Positions 26,295 to 39,337 of a DNA stretch of 64,000 nt are shown piece after piece. The translations under genes and the position numbers were made by a program. The stretch lies in contig NC_088858.1 in NCBI RefSeq assembly GCF_963853765.1, positions 11,594,001 to 11,658,000 on the forward strand, in the 5' to 3' direction. This DNA is from Magallana gigas (Eukaryota). Under the pieces are notes generated by a model, which was given only the letters and a program-made list of their open reading frames with translations, had not been told where the DNA came from and made no database searches. Every line of letters begins with the position of its first letter. Position 1 is the first letter of the stretch.

Positions 26295-29206
26295 GTTTGG
26301 TTGCAAAATCTCTCTGGAGGAACCGGTGACACTAACTTTCTCACTTAGTAACCACTATACACAGTTGTCGTCTGCAAGTGACGTCTCGCTCCCGCCTCTC
26401 TGGGATCTTTAAGAAAAACTCTCCGTTAGAACCGATTCTTGATTAGTTAAATGATCGGAGCTATTTTCTCAGGTTTCTCTTTCAAAGCGTTTTGATTTTT
26501 CGATTTAAAAGGTGCAGAATGCTTCGATAACGGATATTGTACATAAGTGTGTTCTTGGAAGCGTTGAAGACCAATGTTCTTTGTAATATAATGATCTATC
26601 ATGAAAGCTAGGGTCAAGTTTTTAATCGCAGTAATAACATTGTGTTCTATAGGATATGTTTACATCAAAGATCACTGGTTGTAATAAAGGTATTCCACAA
26701 AAGTGGTGCAATTTCTAAGCTTAACTCTGAGGTTCCGTATTTCACCATTTAGTTTTATTTGGTGAGGCTGTTGTTTCCTGGACTGGAATACACCATACGA
26801 CATTGGTCACAGTTTTAAGAAGTTCTCTAGAAATCCTTCTTGATTAACCATCAGATGAAAGCGTTACAAAGATCACAAATGTTTGAAACTATATGTAGGG
26901 TCATCCACCTTGATTCCATTAAATGTAAACATTGAATCTATAACGAGAAGTCGCAAAAGGCTTTGTTCAACTGTGGAGTTGTTGCCATTCTTAAATTAAT
27001 TAGATCTATGTGCATGAGTTAATAATTTGTATATAAATCTTTGGAGTATATTGTTAATAAAACATGTTCATTTTAATATATGGAAATTCTTCTATTTAAT
27101 TGCATTCCATACATTGTTGAAAAGTAAAGGAGTTACATTGTAGAGATTCTTAATCCAAGGCCCCTGATGAGCTAGCGTGTCTAAATATTTTTTGGGACAC
27201 CTTCTTCAAAATAAACTCCATTCATTGAGCAAGATCTTTGTAATCAGACTAACCTTAAATTGAGTCTTTAATCCAACTATGTTCCTAGAAAGTACATAAG
27301 AGAGTGAATGAATGTTTAGCACCCATCGATTAATGAGTTCAGATAATTAGGCAGTTTAATTTCCTCGTAATTGGGAAGTACAGTGGGTATGGAATTGAAA
27401 ACAAATATCAGCCTGTGTTTGTTGATGCCCGAATCTATATGGTCAGTAAGAATTCAATTTACAATATTAGCAATATTCTTTGCTATTGATCATGACCCTA
27501 CACGTATCTCCTACGACACACTTTTATACCTGAAGCTTATGTTTCACGCCATGCAGGTACATGTATAGAAATCAATCACGATCTCTATCGGTCATTGCAA
27601 ATATTTTTCATGCTCGCAAAGGTCAATCCAAACTTTAACAGAAGGACTGAATTTGTTGTACTCGTCTATATTTGTGATAAGTTTTATTGACAAATTCGTG
27701 TTTCACGTACAGTTTTATCACGAAGTTCCATTGCATGTCAATATAACAATGTGATCATATTCCATGCATGTGTTTTGTACACTTTACATGATATATAAAT
27801 CATTCAACCTGTGAATAATTGATTTACTTGTGCTTTAATGACATTCCATAACTTATTTTCCATATACGCTATCGGAAGTATTAGGATATCTTAATTTGTG
27901 TTGTTGTTGTTTTTATTTTTTGCTTTAATAATCTTCATCATCAATAGTTGTTTAGAGGTCAACTGAAGAGAATGATTAATTAGTTTAATAACAAAGCAGG
28001 TATACATGTAGATCGCAACATGATATCCGAGCCACAATGGGTCACGCTGTGTTAGGAAACGTTTCACTTATTCACTAATTGGTTGACCCCCTTTGCGTTC
28101 ACTCATTCATTCGTTTGTTACACCAATTTATGGATTATATTTAAGATTGTGTCATATGAAGTCTTCTCTAAATAAAATCATGGTTGAAGAAGATTTATTA
28201 GGCTTTGTGGTTAAAATTGTTTATTCGACAATATATTCAAAATCTGATATACTTTAATGATTTCTTTATACAAATGTCCCTGTGAAAAATGTATTGCTTC
28301 AAGCAAAGCTAGCCCAGCAAATATCAGCATCAATAATGATTAAATGTTTACCTGACCGTCCCTTAAACTGAAAGGGGTGGGGTGGTGGGTGTCATCTTAA
28401 TAATGAAATAATTTCTTTGGTGATTCATGAGGGTAAGAAGGTAGCGACAATGGTAGAAATAATACTTAACCCGCGTCAGCGGATGGATGTTAATTAGATA
28501 CCATGATACATGTACATGTATATAACTCCAAACAATATAGGAAGAGTGGCTCTGTAGCCCCTGATGCGTTCCGCCTTATTATAAATAGCGCAATTTGCTA
28601 TATCTAATAGGGACGGGTGCTTATTCTTTACTTATTGTCGTATGTTTGCGTACCGGATTAACTAGACTAAAGTTAACCACTTTAGGATTGTGTTATTTAT
28701 TTACTTTTACATTTAAACATAATGATAAACTGAGCAGAATCAGGCAAATGAAGTTCAAATTAGCTTTGTAAGGAGAAGGACATTCTTTTAACCACTGCAT
28801 GTAAATAATTAATGCTTATACGATACCAAAAAAAATATAACAAACAACTTCATTCAAAACAATGATATATTTTTATTTAGAAAATAAAAATGTTAACAAA
28901 TATGGTCAAAAAACGAATCTGAAGTAAATCAAGAGAACATATTCTTTTTCTCTTACCGCACTATTAATATCCAGAGCAGTAGAGAAAGTCACCAGAATCA
29001 TAAGTATATGTATTTTAGCTAAAGACATTATTTAGTATGACTTCACCACTACTTTTAACCTGGCTTTATTTTTAAAAACAACCTCGCCTAAAAGTTGTTT
29101 ATACTAATGGATCTTTTCTTCGTTTGAGAATACAAATTATTAATAAGAATTTTCCTTCAGAACTCGACGTTCAATGTGCCCAGTAGGATGTGCAAGAGGA
29201 GGAGGA

Positions 29207-32200
29207 TTAATCTTGCATCATTCTTATAAATTCTGAAAAAGAAAACGTTTACTGTTAAGATTTCTAAACACAGTTGGGACCTGTTTATTCCATTGTATTC
29301 GTAACCTTTATTGTCTTGTACATTCTTAAGTATATACGTTACATTTCTAGTCAATTTAACTACAGTCAAGGGCAGTCTATACCAGCATAGACCATATATT
29401 CGTTTATGTACAACCACATTATCTCATAAATATATACTTCATATCTTATATATCTGTCTGTGCGTGACTCCCCGTCTTTTATAATATTATATATGTATAA
29501 TCAGTTTTACCAGCGCAATGCAACTGTATTTTTAGTAGACTTTACCATTGCAGTTACTATGTCCGTCTTCGTGAAACAATAGTCAACTTTAGAATCAATT
29601 CATATAGTCTTTTTGTCATTGTGTATCTTCAATTTAGTATAGACTTTACATACATAATAATCTCTCTGTCTTTACAGTTGACTATAGACTTTACCTATAT
29701 AGTCAACATTTCCGTCTTTACAGTTGACTATAGACTTTACCTATATAGTCAACCTTTCCGTCTTTACAGTTGACTAAAGACTTTACCTATATAGTCAATC
29801 TTTGCGTCTTTACAGTTGACCAAAGACTTTACCTATATAGTCAACCTTTCCATCTTTACAGTTGACCAAAGACTTTACCTATGTATTCAATCTTTGCGTC
29901 TTTACAGTTGATTATAGATTTTACATATATAATAAATATTTCCGTCTTTACAGTTGACTATAGACTTTACCTATATAGTCAATCTTTCCGTCTTTGTCGA
30001 GATCGGCCGTTTTGATCATATCCTCCGCCTCTTCTTTTGACAGTTTATCTCCTAACCTCATCATTGCCTCTTTAAGTTCATCAGCATCAATTTTACCGCT
30101 ACCATCTTTGTCAAATAATTTAAAAGCCTCCATCATTGAACTATTGGCTTCTTCTGCAGATTTATAGTGATCGGCCATGTATTTTTCAAATTCTTCGTAT
30201 TCTATTTTGCCATTTCCTGAAAAAGAAAAAAAATGGATTTTACAATACATGTTTTATCACTTACTAAAAATAAAAAACTGTTTTGTATTGGAACTTTTAT
30301 TTGAAAAAATGAATACGCAATGATCGTTTTGTTTGGTATTAGAATGGGACGGAACTATACAGACAAGTGCATGTACGAGCATGCAAAGAAAAAACCGACA
30401 GTCGTTAACACTGGTACGCTTTCCTGATGCAATCGGCATGAAGCATCACTCTCATATCTGATCATAAAAAAATATTTGATGCAATTAGTAAATAGCAACA
30501 GACACATATGCCTCCAATAACATCTTCAGTATTACAAGAAATATTGACAGTTGCAAATATGTGTGTAAAAGTACAGTAGTATTTAAAAAAACGTCAATTA
30601 TTTTTTTTTTATAAAGCCGAGAAAAAATATTTTAGCCGATATTCACATTTCGTTGTTTCTTTTATTTCTAAATGACTGACACCATTGTTGATAAACAGGT
30701 CATGGGCAACGGAAGTTCGGAACATTCAGAGCTTGGTAAAGCTAGTTCAATTTCCTGCCCATTGGAATTTGCCTGATAGCGCTCTATTGAGCGACAATGT
30801 TGTCTGCCCCCAGGGAGGCATTTCTTAATTAAAGTCAACCATAGATCTATTGTTCAGAATTAATATTAGGTTTATAGCTAATTATTTATCGTAATAACAT
30901 GCCTTTCATTCAATGCTAATGTGCATAAGATTTTTTATAAGGATTATAAAACATAATGTATTATTTAGGGAGATTGGGAGGTAAGCAGTTGGCAAGTACG
31001 AGTCATTTCTAAAACATGTTAAATTTGTCTCACGTGTCACAGATTACATCTTAGCAGAAAAATATCTATATTGAATTCTATTATTCATCTGTTACCTCAT
31101 CAGCAAACTTTGATACGATGATAAAATAAAAATAAAATAAAAATGGTCACGACCAAACGGCCGCCTTCAGACGCTGATTACAGTGAGGTTACTTAAGAGA
31201 GGCGGACGATACCATTGGTGTCCAGTTCCTGCATTAGATGCTGCACCTCGGCCTTGGTTGGGTCCTGTTTGAAGGCCCGCATCACCGTCAGAAGTTCCCG
31301 ACTGTTGATATAGCCGCTACCGTCTTTGTCAAACAGCTCGAACGCCTCTCGGAATTCTAAAGAGAGATGTGTCGTAAAGTGGTAGATTAAAAGCTTAACT
31401 GTTCGGAGTAAATATCAGGCATTGCTTCGTATACTAACATAGTATCTTTCTATGAGAAACATGAAACAGTAATAGAAATGAAATGTCAATTAAAGAAAAA
31501 ACTACCAACTTTGTCAAATAAAAATTAAATTCATGATTCAGCAAAGGATAAACGCAAAGGCGAAATTTTACAAAAGAATACTAGTATTTTGCATATGCAA
31601 TAAGAACTGGAAACACCCATTTTATATCAGATATATACCGGTATCTATTTTTTTTTAAAATTCTTTTCAGTGGTCAATAAGACATCGGAGTACATATTTA
31701 CCAGTGATCAAGTAGCAATTTTCTTTGACAAAGTCAACACTGTCTAAATAAATGCCATTTACAAAGATACTCAAACATCAACCAAAATAGGTACACTTAG
31801 AGGCCCTATTTGGATTGATCAATGCATTAGTGTACGCAATCCTTGATTAACATCCTTAAAATCACACTTCCATTAAAGCCTATAAATTCTGAAATTGTAT
31901 ACATGACTTTAAACCATAATGATCTGATCATTTAGAAATGTTTTTATTCATCCCACATTATACATCAGAAACCGTGTCCTGTGTGAAAAAGAATAGACAT
32001 ATTGATCTCTTTCCCTGATCCCTGAACACCTATGAATAATTACTATTGAAAAAGCTTTGAGGTTCGTTTATATTTATATCATTTAGCATCAGTAAACATT
32101 TCAGCTGAAATTTCACAATCAATACCATATCAGGAATCCCGTTTTCCGTGCCAAACGCTAGAGTTCTGATTTAGATCATCTAGCCTTATATTTTGGAAAA

Positions 32201-32410
32201 TGTTTCAAGTTTTAATGTAATTCAAGATGACACTTACCTTGTTTTATTTCCTCTGGTAACTTACTCTGAAAAAAAAAATTAAAAATGCCGGTGTAATTAT
32301 TACCGAAAAGAAATCAGATGATCGACTACACTGAATTATTCATTGAAAGTAAAAAACTTGATCCCTTGTTTGGGTCGCTGGGACCACTGTACCAAATTTC
32401 CACTTACCAT
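29207..32410 (-). CDS. Calmodulin-like gene C, 148 aa
   Basis: Exons 32408-32410, 32238-32265 (28 nt), 31213-31356 (144), 29971-30216 (246), 29207-29232. Protein [148 protein letters not shown]. Confidence 0.94.
29669..29990. repeat. 7 x 46-bp tandem repeat spanning the exon 4/intron 4 junction of gene C
   Basis: TCTTTACAGTTGACTATAGACTTTACCTATATAGTCAACCTTTCCG units start at 29669, 29715, 29761, 29807, 29853, 29899, 29945. Confidence 0.95.
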
Positions 32411-33504
32411 GCTGTATCATTGGAGTGGAAGGGAGACACACACACTCGCCGTCAGAGACCAGACCGGCTCTGATCGTCCTACGATCAATTCACCAACGTT
32501 CCACGTGATGGTTGTAGCAGTAGGTACAGACGAACGAGTCCAGTGATTTCAAACGTGACATTCAACCAAGGTATCACTTACAGGAATTGGGCTGTATTGT
32601 GGAACTTGTTTAATATTGATGGGAAGGATTCCATTGTAAGGAACACTTATTTTCTGGGACTCTTGATGCATTAAAATCCTTTTAAATATTATCTTTATTT
32701 GAAACGGAAAAATTTATTCATGAAGAAAAATCGGTGAAATCACATAAATATTTTCTTTGTAAACTAGCAATTCCGGTAAGAAATCTATAAACTATGTTCA
32801 AGCGGAAAATACTTGCTGCACAAAAATATTAACAGAGGATGAATTTTTTATAGGTTCAGTGCGATATTTTGATATTTAGGCGAGGACAAGGGGGTGGAGC
32901 ACCTTCGGTATTTTAGGGCAAACTTTGCTAAATATAACTGTTTTCATAAATGCTCGTTCAGTTCATTCTACCAATAGAAGAAGAACTCGGAACATTTTGA
33001 AGTAGAAATGAGCACATTATCATTTACTTGATAAGACAGTCTGTGGGACATAATGTTAAAATGAAACTTAAGTGTGTATGTCTATACATGTATTGGAATT
33101 TTTGTACATTGGAATATTTGAGCATGATAGGGATATGTTTTAATTTTTGGGCCATTCTGTACGCATTGTCACTCATTCTTTCTTTCTTTCGGAGATTGAC
33201 TCACATAGTAATTTTTATATACCAGTAAACATTGTAAAAGCAAACCACAATTTCTTATTGTTTAAAAGACAGTACACAGATAAATGTATCTGTACACTTA
33301 TGCTTTGATTAAAAAAAAAATAGATATATGTTATTTTAACTCGACCAACCTTGTTGATGGAATTCATGAAAAAGCAAAGCAATGTCATATTATATATAAA
33401 TTTTGAATTTACCGGAAGGCAGTTAATACAAAATTTACAAAATGACAACTTTACAGCCGCCCGGTAAAATCAAAATTTAAATGACAGTAATATAGGTTAT
33501 AGTT

Positions 33505-33876
33505 ATATAAATAGTGCCTGTTTGGGAGGGTAACAGTTGAAATTGACACCCCGAGAAAACCATTGTCAACCGACGCGAAGCGGAGGTTGACAATGGTTTT
33601 CGAGGGGTGTCAATTTCAACTGTTATCCTCCCAAACAGGCACTCTTTATTTTGTTATACTGAATGTCTTTTTTAAAATTTTTAAGAAAATTTTACTGCTT
33701 TTATATAGGAATAACGTGAATTCTACAGCGAACCGTACGCGCATAATTTTCGCGCATGTAACATTTTTTAATGTTACCCGTTGCCAAGTGCGTTGCTAAC
33801 GCTGAGGGTAATAGTAAATATTATTAACTGCGTCTTAACCAATCAGATTTCAGTATTTAACATGAAAGTATAACAA
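33505..33876. mobile_element. Fold-back non-autonomous element (Crypton-like design), copy 1
   Basis: Near-perfect arms of about 60 bp at 33513-33643 around GACGCGAAGCGGA. An inverted second copy lies at 41785-42792. The superfamily assignment is recollection only. Confidence 0.75.
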
Positions 33877-34515
33877 AGTAATATATCAAATAAGCTGGGA
33901 GTGTTGTTTCGTTTTTCGTATTTTTTAAGGTTATTTTTTCTTGTTTTGTATTTTAAGAAGAAACTAAGATTTCCTTCACGTTATACCTACTATAGTATTA
34001 GTTGATTAACGGCAGTTGACAATTCTTCCATAGTAGTAAATCTACATTTGCAAGAGCAAGTTAGGTGTAAAATACATGTCAGCTCTGATTAAATAAACTT
34101 CATGAACACAGAACAAGCTATGTTTTCTCTTGTTTTATTACAACATATATGCGACAAAGATCAATAAATAAACTTTCTGTTAAATTTATTAACAACATAG
34201 TAAGGTACATTATACATTGTATATGTACATGAATATCTAACTTGGAATCTCTTTGTTAACTTATTGCAAACATACATGTAAGTTATTTTGTTACAAGTTG
34301 TTAAATATCTGAAAAATGTATTATTTTTTACAAAATAATATAGTGTCATTTACAAAGTAAAAGTAATTGCATTTTTAAGAAAAAAAACCAAAGGTATGAA
34401 CAGCTGCATTATTTCCGGATTGTGTAGTAAGAGTTCGGGAAAATTTTTGTCACGGACGGATGTTTGTGATATCTCCTTCTTAGCTGCCGATGGCCTCGGA
34501 TACAGACACATTCTT

Positions 34516-37500
34516 CTACTTCATCATGATTTTGACAAATTCTGAAAAAGAAATCGCAAATACTCAGGGGACGTACATGTATAACAAATGACTGAATAAA
34601 AACTATATCCATGAAAAAATATTATAAATAGATGTCGATGCTCATAGTATGCTGTTGTCTACGGGTATTGTGATATTATTGTTTTATGATGGATACATTC
34701 ATTTATTGGTTTGTAGTATTCTTTATCAGTTAATGAAATTTGTTATCTATTATAAAAAGTTATGGTTTTAAATGTTTGAGCCATGCATGGATAGTTTGTA
34801 TAAAATTGTACCACAGCATATCATAATTATCCTATCTGCTTTAGCAATCTTGTCTTTTCGCTTATTGCTACTAACATACATGTATAGTGTCAAATAAATG
34901 TACCAAGACAAACCAAAATAGTCTACATTGCTGTCAGTACTTAGATCCACTCCTTTCGCGCCTACCAAAATAACCTCTTGCAATGTAGGCTGGAAGTACT
35001 TTGATTCGCAAATGTAACATTTACTTGAGAAGTCATTTGCAACTAGTACCTTGATCCGCTCTATTAACATTTAACGGAATAGTTCAATTCGCTGTCAGTA
35101 CCTTGATCCACTCCCGTAGCACTTACCGGAATAGTCCACTTTGCCGTCAGAGTCTTGATCCGCCGCCTTGATCATTTCGTCCACTTCCCCGTCTGTCATT
35201 GTTTCCCCCAAACTTTTCATCGCATGCCTCAGCTCTTTGGCATCAATTTTTCCACTTCCGTCCTTATCAAAGATTTTAAACGCATTTCTCATTTCTTCTT
35301 CAGCTTCATCTGGACTCTTGAATTTATCGGCCATGAATTTTTCGAATTCGTCATATTCTATTTTTTTGTTACCTAAAAAAAATACAGCATTCTAATCAAA
35401 GAAAATGTTCCAGGTAAAATATTTAACTTGGCATGTAAAATTGATGTCAATCACAGTTACTGTTTGTAATTTGATAAGTCACGGGAAATTATAAGCAAAT
35501 TCACATCCGTCTTCATCTTCGCTAGCCAAGGGTTTATGGGGAGCAAAGTGGACCGAAAACCCTTGGCTAGCGAAGATGATCATCTTCGCTAGCCAAGGGT
35601 TTTCGGTCCACTTTGCTCCCCATAGTGGACCGAAAACCCTTGGCTAGCGAAGATGATCCGTCTTTCATTTACACATTCTTATACTAAATCCAATACCAAA
35701 AAGTGCATATGATATACACTCTAAATCATAGCTTTAATTTTCTTTATGACATTGGTTTTCATCTCTAGTAATGTTATTTTTTAAAATGGTATAACAAAAG
35801 TGATATCGGGTTTTGTAGATTGAAACATGAGATACAGAACTTTGACCTAACCAAGATTTACACAATATATCAAACTGAAAACAAGAGAAAGCTGTCAATG
35901 TGACAGCAAACTGGGTTTCCCTTTGTGTAAACAGTATCCATAATCCATTTGTCAATTAAAAAAAATCAAAGTACCATGCTTATCTCAAAGGTGCATATTT
36001 GAACAACTGAAATGCAAATAACTTCCTATCTTGAAAACTGTAGGAGTTATCTGGACAAATGATGCACCCTGTATGCAATGTTATGGAAAGAAAGTTGTTC
36101 AAAAGCTGGCGTTTTTCTAAAAAAAAATTCACGAAAACAAAATACAATACTAGTATACACATCTAGCATATATGTACAATTGAACTGCAAAACAAAACAG
36201 TTGAACAGCTAATATTTGTTTGTGTTTTAATAGAAATTAAATCAAAGTAATGAGTACATTTCATATATATATATATGAACAATTGATCTGCAAAAGAAAA
36301 TCTTCCTATCCTAAAAACTGTAGGTGGGGTTATCCGTACAAAGGTACACTGTATTTTTGGTATTAAAAATCAAAATCAAAGTAATAGGGACATATCTGAT
36401 TTATGTACAATTGATCTGCAAAACAAAAACGTCCTACATGTATCTTGAAAACTGTAGGAGGACCTATCCGTACATACAAAAGGGTACCCTATTGGCAGTC
36501 GCCCGTCTAACCGCCATTTTCGCCATTTTAATAACCGGATTTTTCATACGAAAAACTCGGTTAAAAATCATTATCCACAGTATCATAGAGATGATAATTG
36601 TTCTCATTGCAGACATTATTCATATTAATAAAGGATAACATCTTATAAACGAAGTTTAGGAAACCCTACAGAAAATAAGGACGTTTTTAATTTATACATG
36701 ATGGTCGTGCAATGAGTGTATTCGACCAAAAACGTTTATTTTAGTCGCCAAATATAGATACAGTTGCCATGCATAAAAATATGTTATTGAATGAATTGTA
36801 ATTTAATTGCTGTTTGGTGTTCTTTTCATCTTGTATATTCCCCGCCACACGGGGACGGTACATAAAACATTAGATACAGTAAAACACGCTTACCGAAGCG
36901 CGATAATTTTGATTCATCAAAGGCGGTTTTCATATATATATCTATTGTATTTTAATAATACCGCTATATATCTACAAAAATTAAAACTGATTTCGCTCTA
37001 TGCGTAAATTCATTATACATGCACGTTCGATGAAGCCGAGTTTACTGTAGTTTTCCGGGCGGCACTGTTATAAATACGGTATACCCACCGTTTTTGTCCA
37101 GTTCTGCTATCATATCCTCGACATCCTTGTCCGTGGGGTTCTGCTTCAGGGTCTGTAGGACGGTTTTCAGCTCGGCGGCGTCAATGAACCCACTGCTGTC
37201 TTTGTCAAACAAATTGAAGGCAGACTTGATATCTAAAACAACCGCAAATAATTTTTATCTTATTTTCTATTGAGGTGTCGCACTAGTTCTACTGTCCTTT
37301 GCAAAACTTTGAATTGTTTAAAATCAAAATTAAGTTACATTGTACGTAGCAACGAAGATTTTGATTTTAAAGAATCTAAGTTTTTGCCGTTACAAACTCA
37401 CAACTTGCGTGGTGATGGTCATATTAAAATTCCATCACGCAAACTAGGTTAACCGTATCTGATTATGTTTGGTTTAAAGTTTTTGGCATTTTCTAACTTT

Positions 37501-38700
37501 TGCATTATTTATAGTGATAAACTTTAATATAAAAATGTGATGACACAGCAAAATAAGTATACCTTCTCTCTGTGAATCCGTTATTTCACCCTGTAATGTA
37601 AATAATGCATACTTAGCAAAATCACAAGGGACACGTGTTTTTTTAATCATGATTAAGTACATGATACATACATAAGTACAATATGTACCATCATAACCGT
37701 TGAACGTTCCTGTAACAGTTATCTCTTATTCAACAAATCAAATGCAAAAATATTCTAAATGAATGCGAAAAGTGGATAACAAACCAATATGTTTTTCTTC
37801 ACCAGCGAGAATTTATCTTGAATACTCGTATAATGGAATTAATTCATACAACAGCAAATTTCAACATTAAGGATGCTTGTCAGGGAGTCAGATTACAACA
37901 AAATATAGTCTCGCTGGGACGATATCATTTAAAAATTAATATTGTTATTCTTTCCTAGCGGAAGTTTGTTTGGCACTTTTCTATATATTAGTATTTTGAC
38001 AATTCCAGTGTTAGGAATCCTTCATCGTTTTATGGATTTATAGGATCTTATTCTAGTGCCCCACTAGTTCCCAGCATACTTGTATTGAATGATCGAAATT
38101 TTAAAGCAAATAGAAATGAAAATGTTACACAAGGGGTTTAAAAGGATCATGGGAACTTATTTTACATACTTCAGGGTAAAATAAATGCATTCTGACCATC
38201 CATTGATCGGGATTTATCTGATTTCGAATTACACTGAGAACACCCGTGTCCCAATGTCTTGTGCAGTGATTATCTACTGGTGTTTTAAGAATCTGTAGTT
38301 AAACGAAACACGGTGTACTGTAAAGTGCATTTAATTTTTGATGTTTCATGTTTTCATGCACGAAATCATTCTTTCAAAATCTTTCAATTATGGTGATTTT
38401 GAAACGTGTATCTCTGTACCTGTATAACAAAGTACATTGATACAATTTTTGAATGTGCATGGTTATGAAAATAAGCCAGGGTCCAAAATAAAGATTAATT
38501 AATTTAGCCAACGGCACATTTATTAAATGCATTGTAATTAATTTCCAGTGAACTGCATCCATAGTCAAGTTAAACGAATAGAAACAGAAATAAAACAAAG
38601 GTAAAAAAAACTATACACATTCTGTTATGTATGTATAGACAATATCTGCATTAATGTTTTAATAGCACAAATCGATGTTTAGTCCTCAAACACTTACCAT
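34516..38700 (-). CDS. Calmodulin-like gene D, 148 aa
   Basis: Exons 38698-38700, 37563-37590 (28 nt), 37089-37232 (144), 35127-35372 (246), 34516-34541. Protein [148 protein letters not shown]. Confidence 0.94.
35514..35655. mobile_element. 142-bp palindromic MITE with 22-bp TIRs and 9-bp target duplication, in gene D intron 3
   Basis: TIR CATCTTCGCTAGCCAAGGGTTT. ATCCGTCTT flanks it at 35505-35513 and 35656-35664. A perfect 90-bp palindrome occupies 35535-35624. Confidence 0.85.
35879..36568 (-). mobile_element. Helentron-type (HINE) element with internal AAACTGTAGG..TATCCGTACA repeats, in gene D intron 3
   Basis: End AACAAGAG..GCTGTC..GACAGC hairpin at about 35879-35908. Repeat motif at about 36028, 36307, 36441. 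The other end is AACCGG...CGGTTAAAAA at about 36533-36568. Confidence 0.6.
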
Positions 38701-39337
38701 GTTTGTGATTCTGGCCGCCAAAGGAAAGATCCGGAGAGACCACGACTAGAGGCAACACAAACAGAGCTGGTCGTTACTAAGATCCACTATCTGTGTGCTG
38801 ACGCGATTCGATGAGTCGCGGTTCTCAACCCCTGGGAGAAACGCGGCATTTAAATCTGTTTAGAAAATAAAGGGGGTTTTAAACAAGGCATGTTCTTGTT
38901 CATCGGATATTTCTACATAGCCGATTTTGAACAGAGCTTTTAAAGTCATAAAAGGAATCAAGCTTATATATCGAACTTTCTTTTTTTTTATTTTTTAGAT
39001 GAAAAGGAAAGAAAAACATTGGAAGTACATATCGATCGTTATTTGAACAAACTATTTCAATACATATCATTTGTGGCATACAGAAAATAGAAAACACGAT
39101 TATAAATTTGAGCGAGCGCAGAATGAGAATAATTATACCTTTGTTGTACTAACTCTGTGCAATAAGCATTTATATTGACATTTGCACATAAACCTGTAGA
39201 ATAGCGAAAACGAGCTTTTTCATAACGTCACAATTATCATGACATGCGCTTATCACTTGACGTTTGGATTATTACATAAAATCTCGCTAATTTTAACAAT
39301 TCTGAACCATTAACCTTTTTCATATGCAAATATAAGT

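Noticed and set aside
25153-35395. Plus-strand ORFs overlapping calmodulin-like exons (25153-25521, 35155-35395, also 14643-14828)
   Set aside because: They are antisense shadows of real exons or microsatellites.
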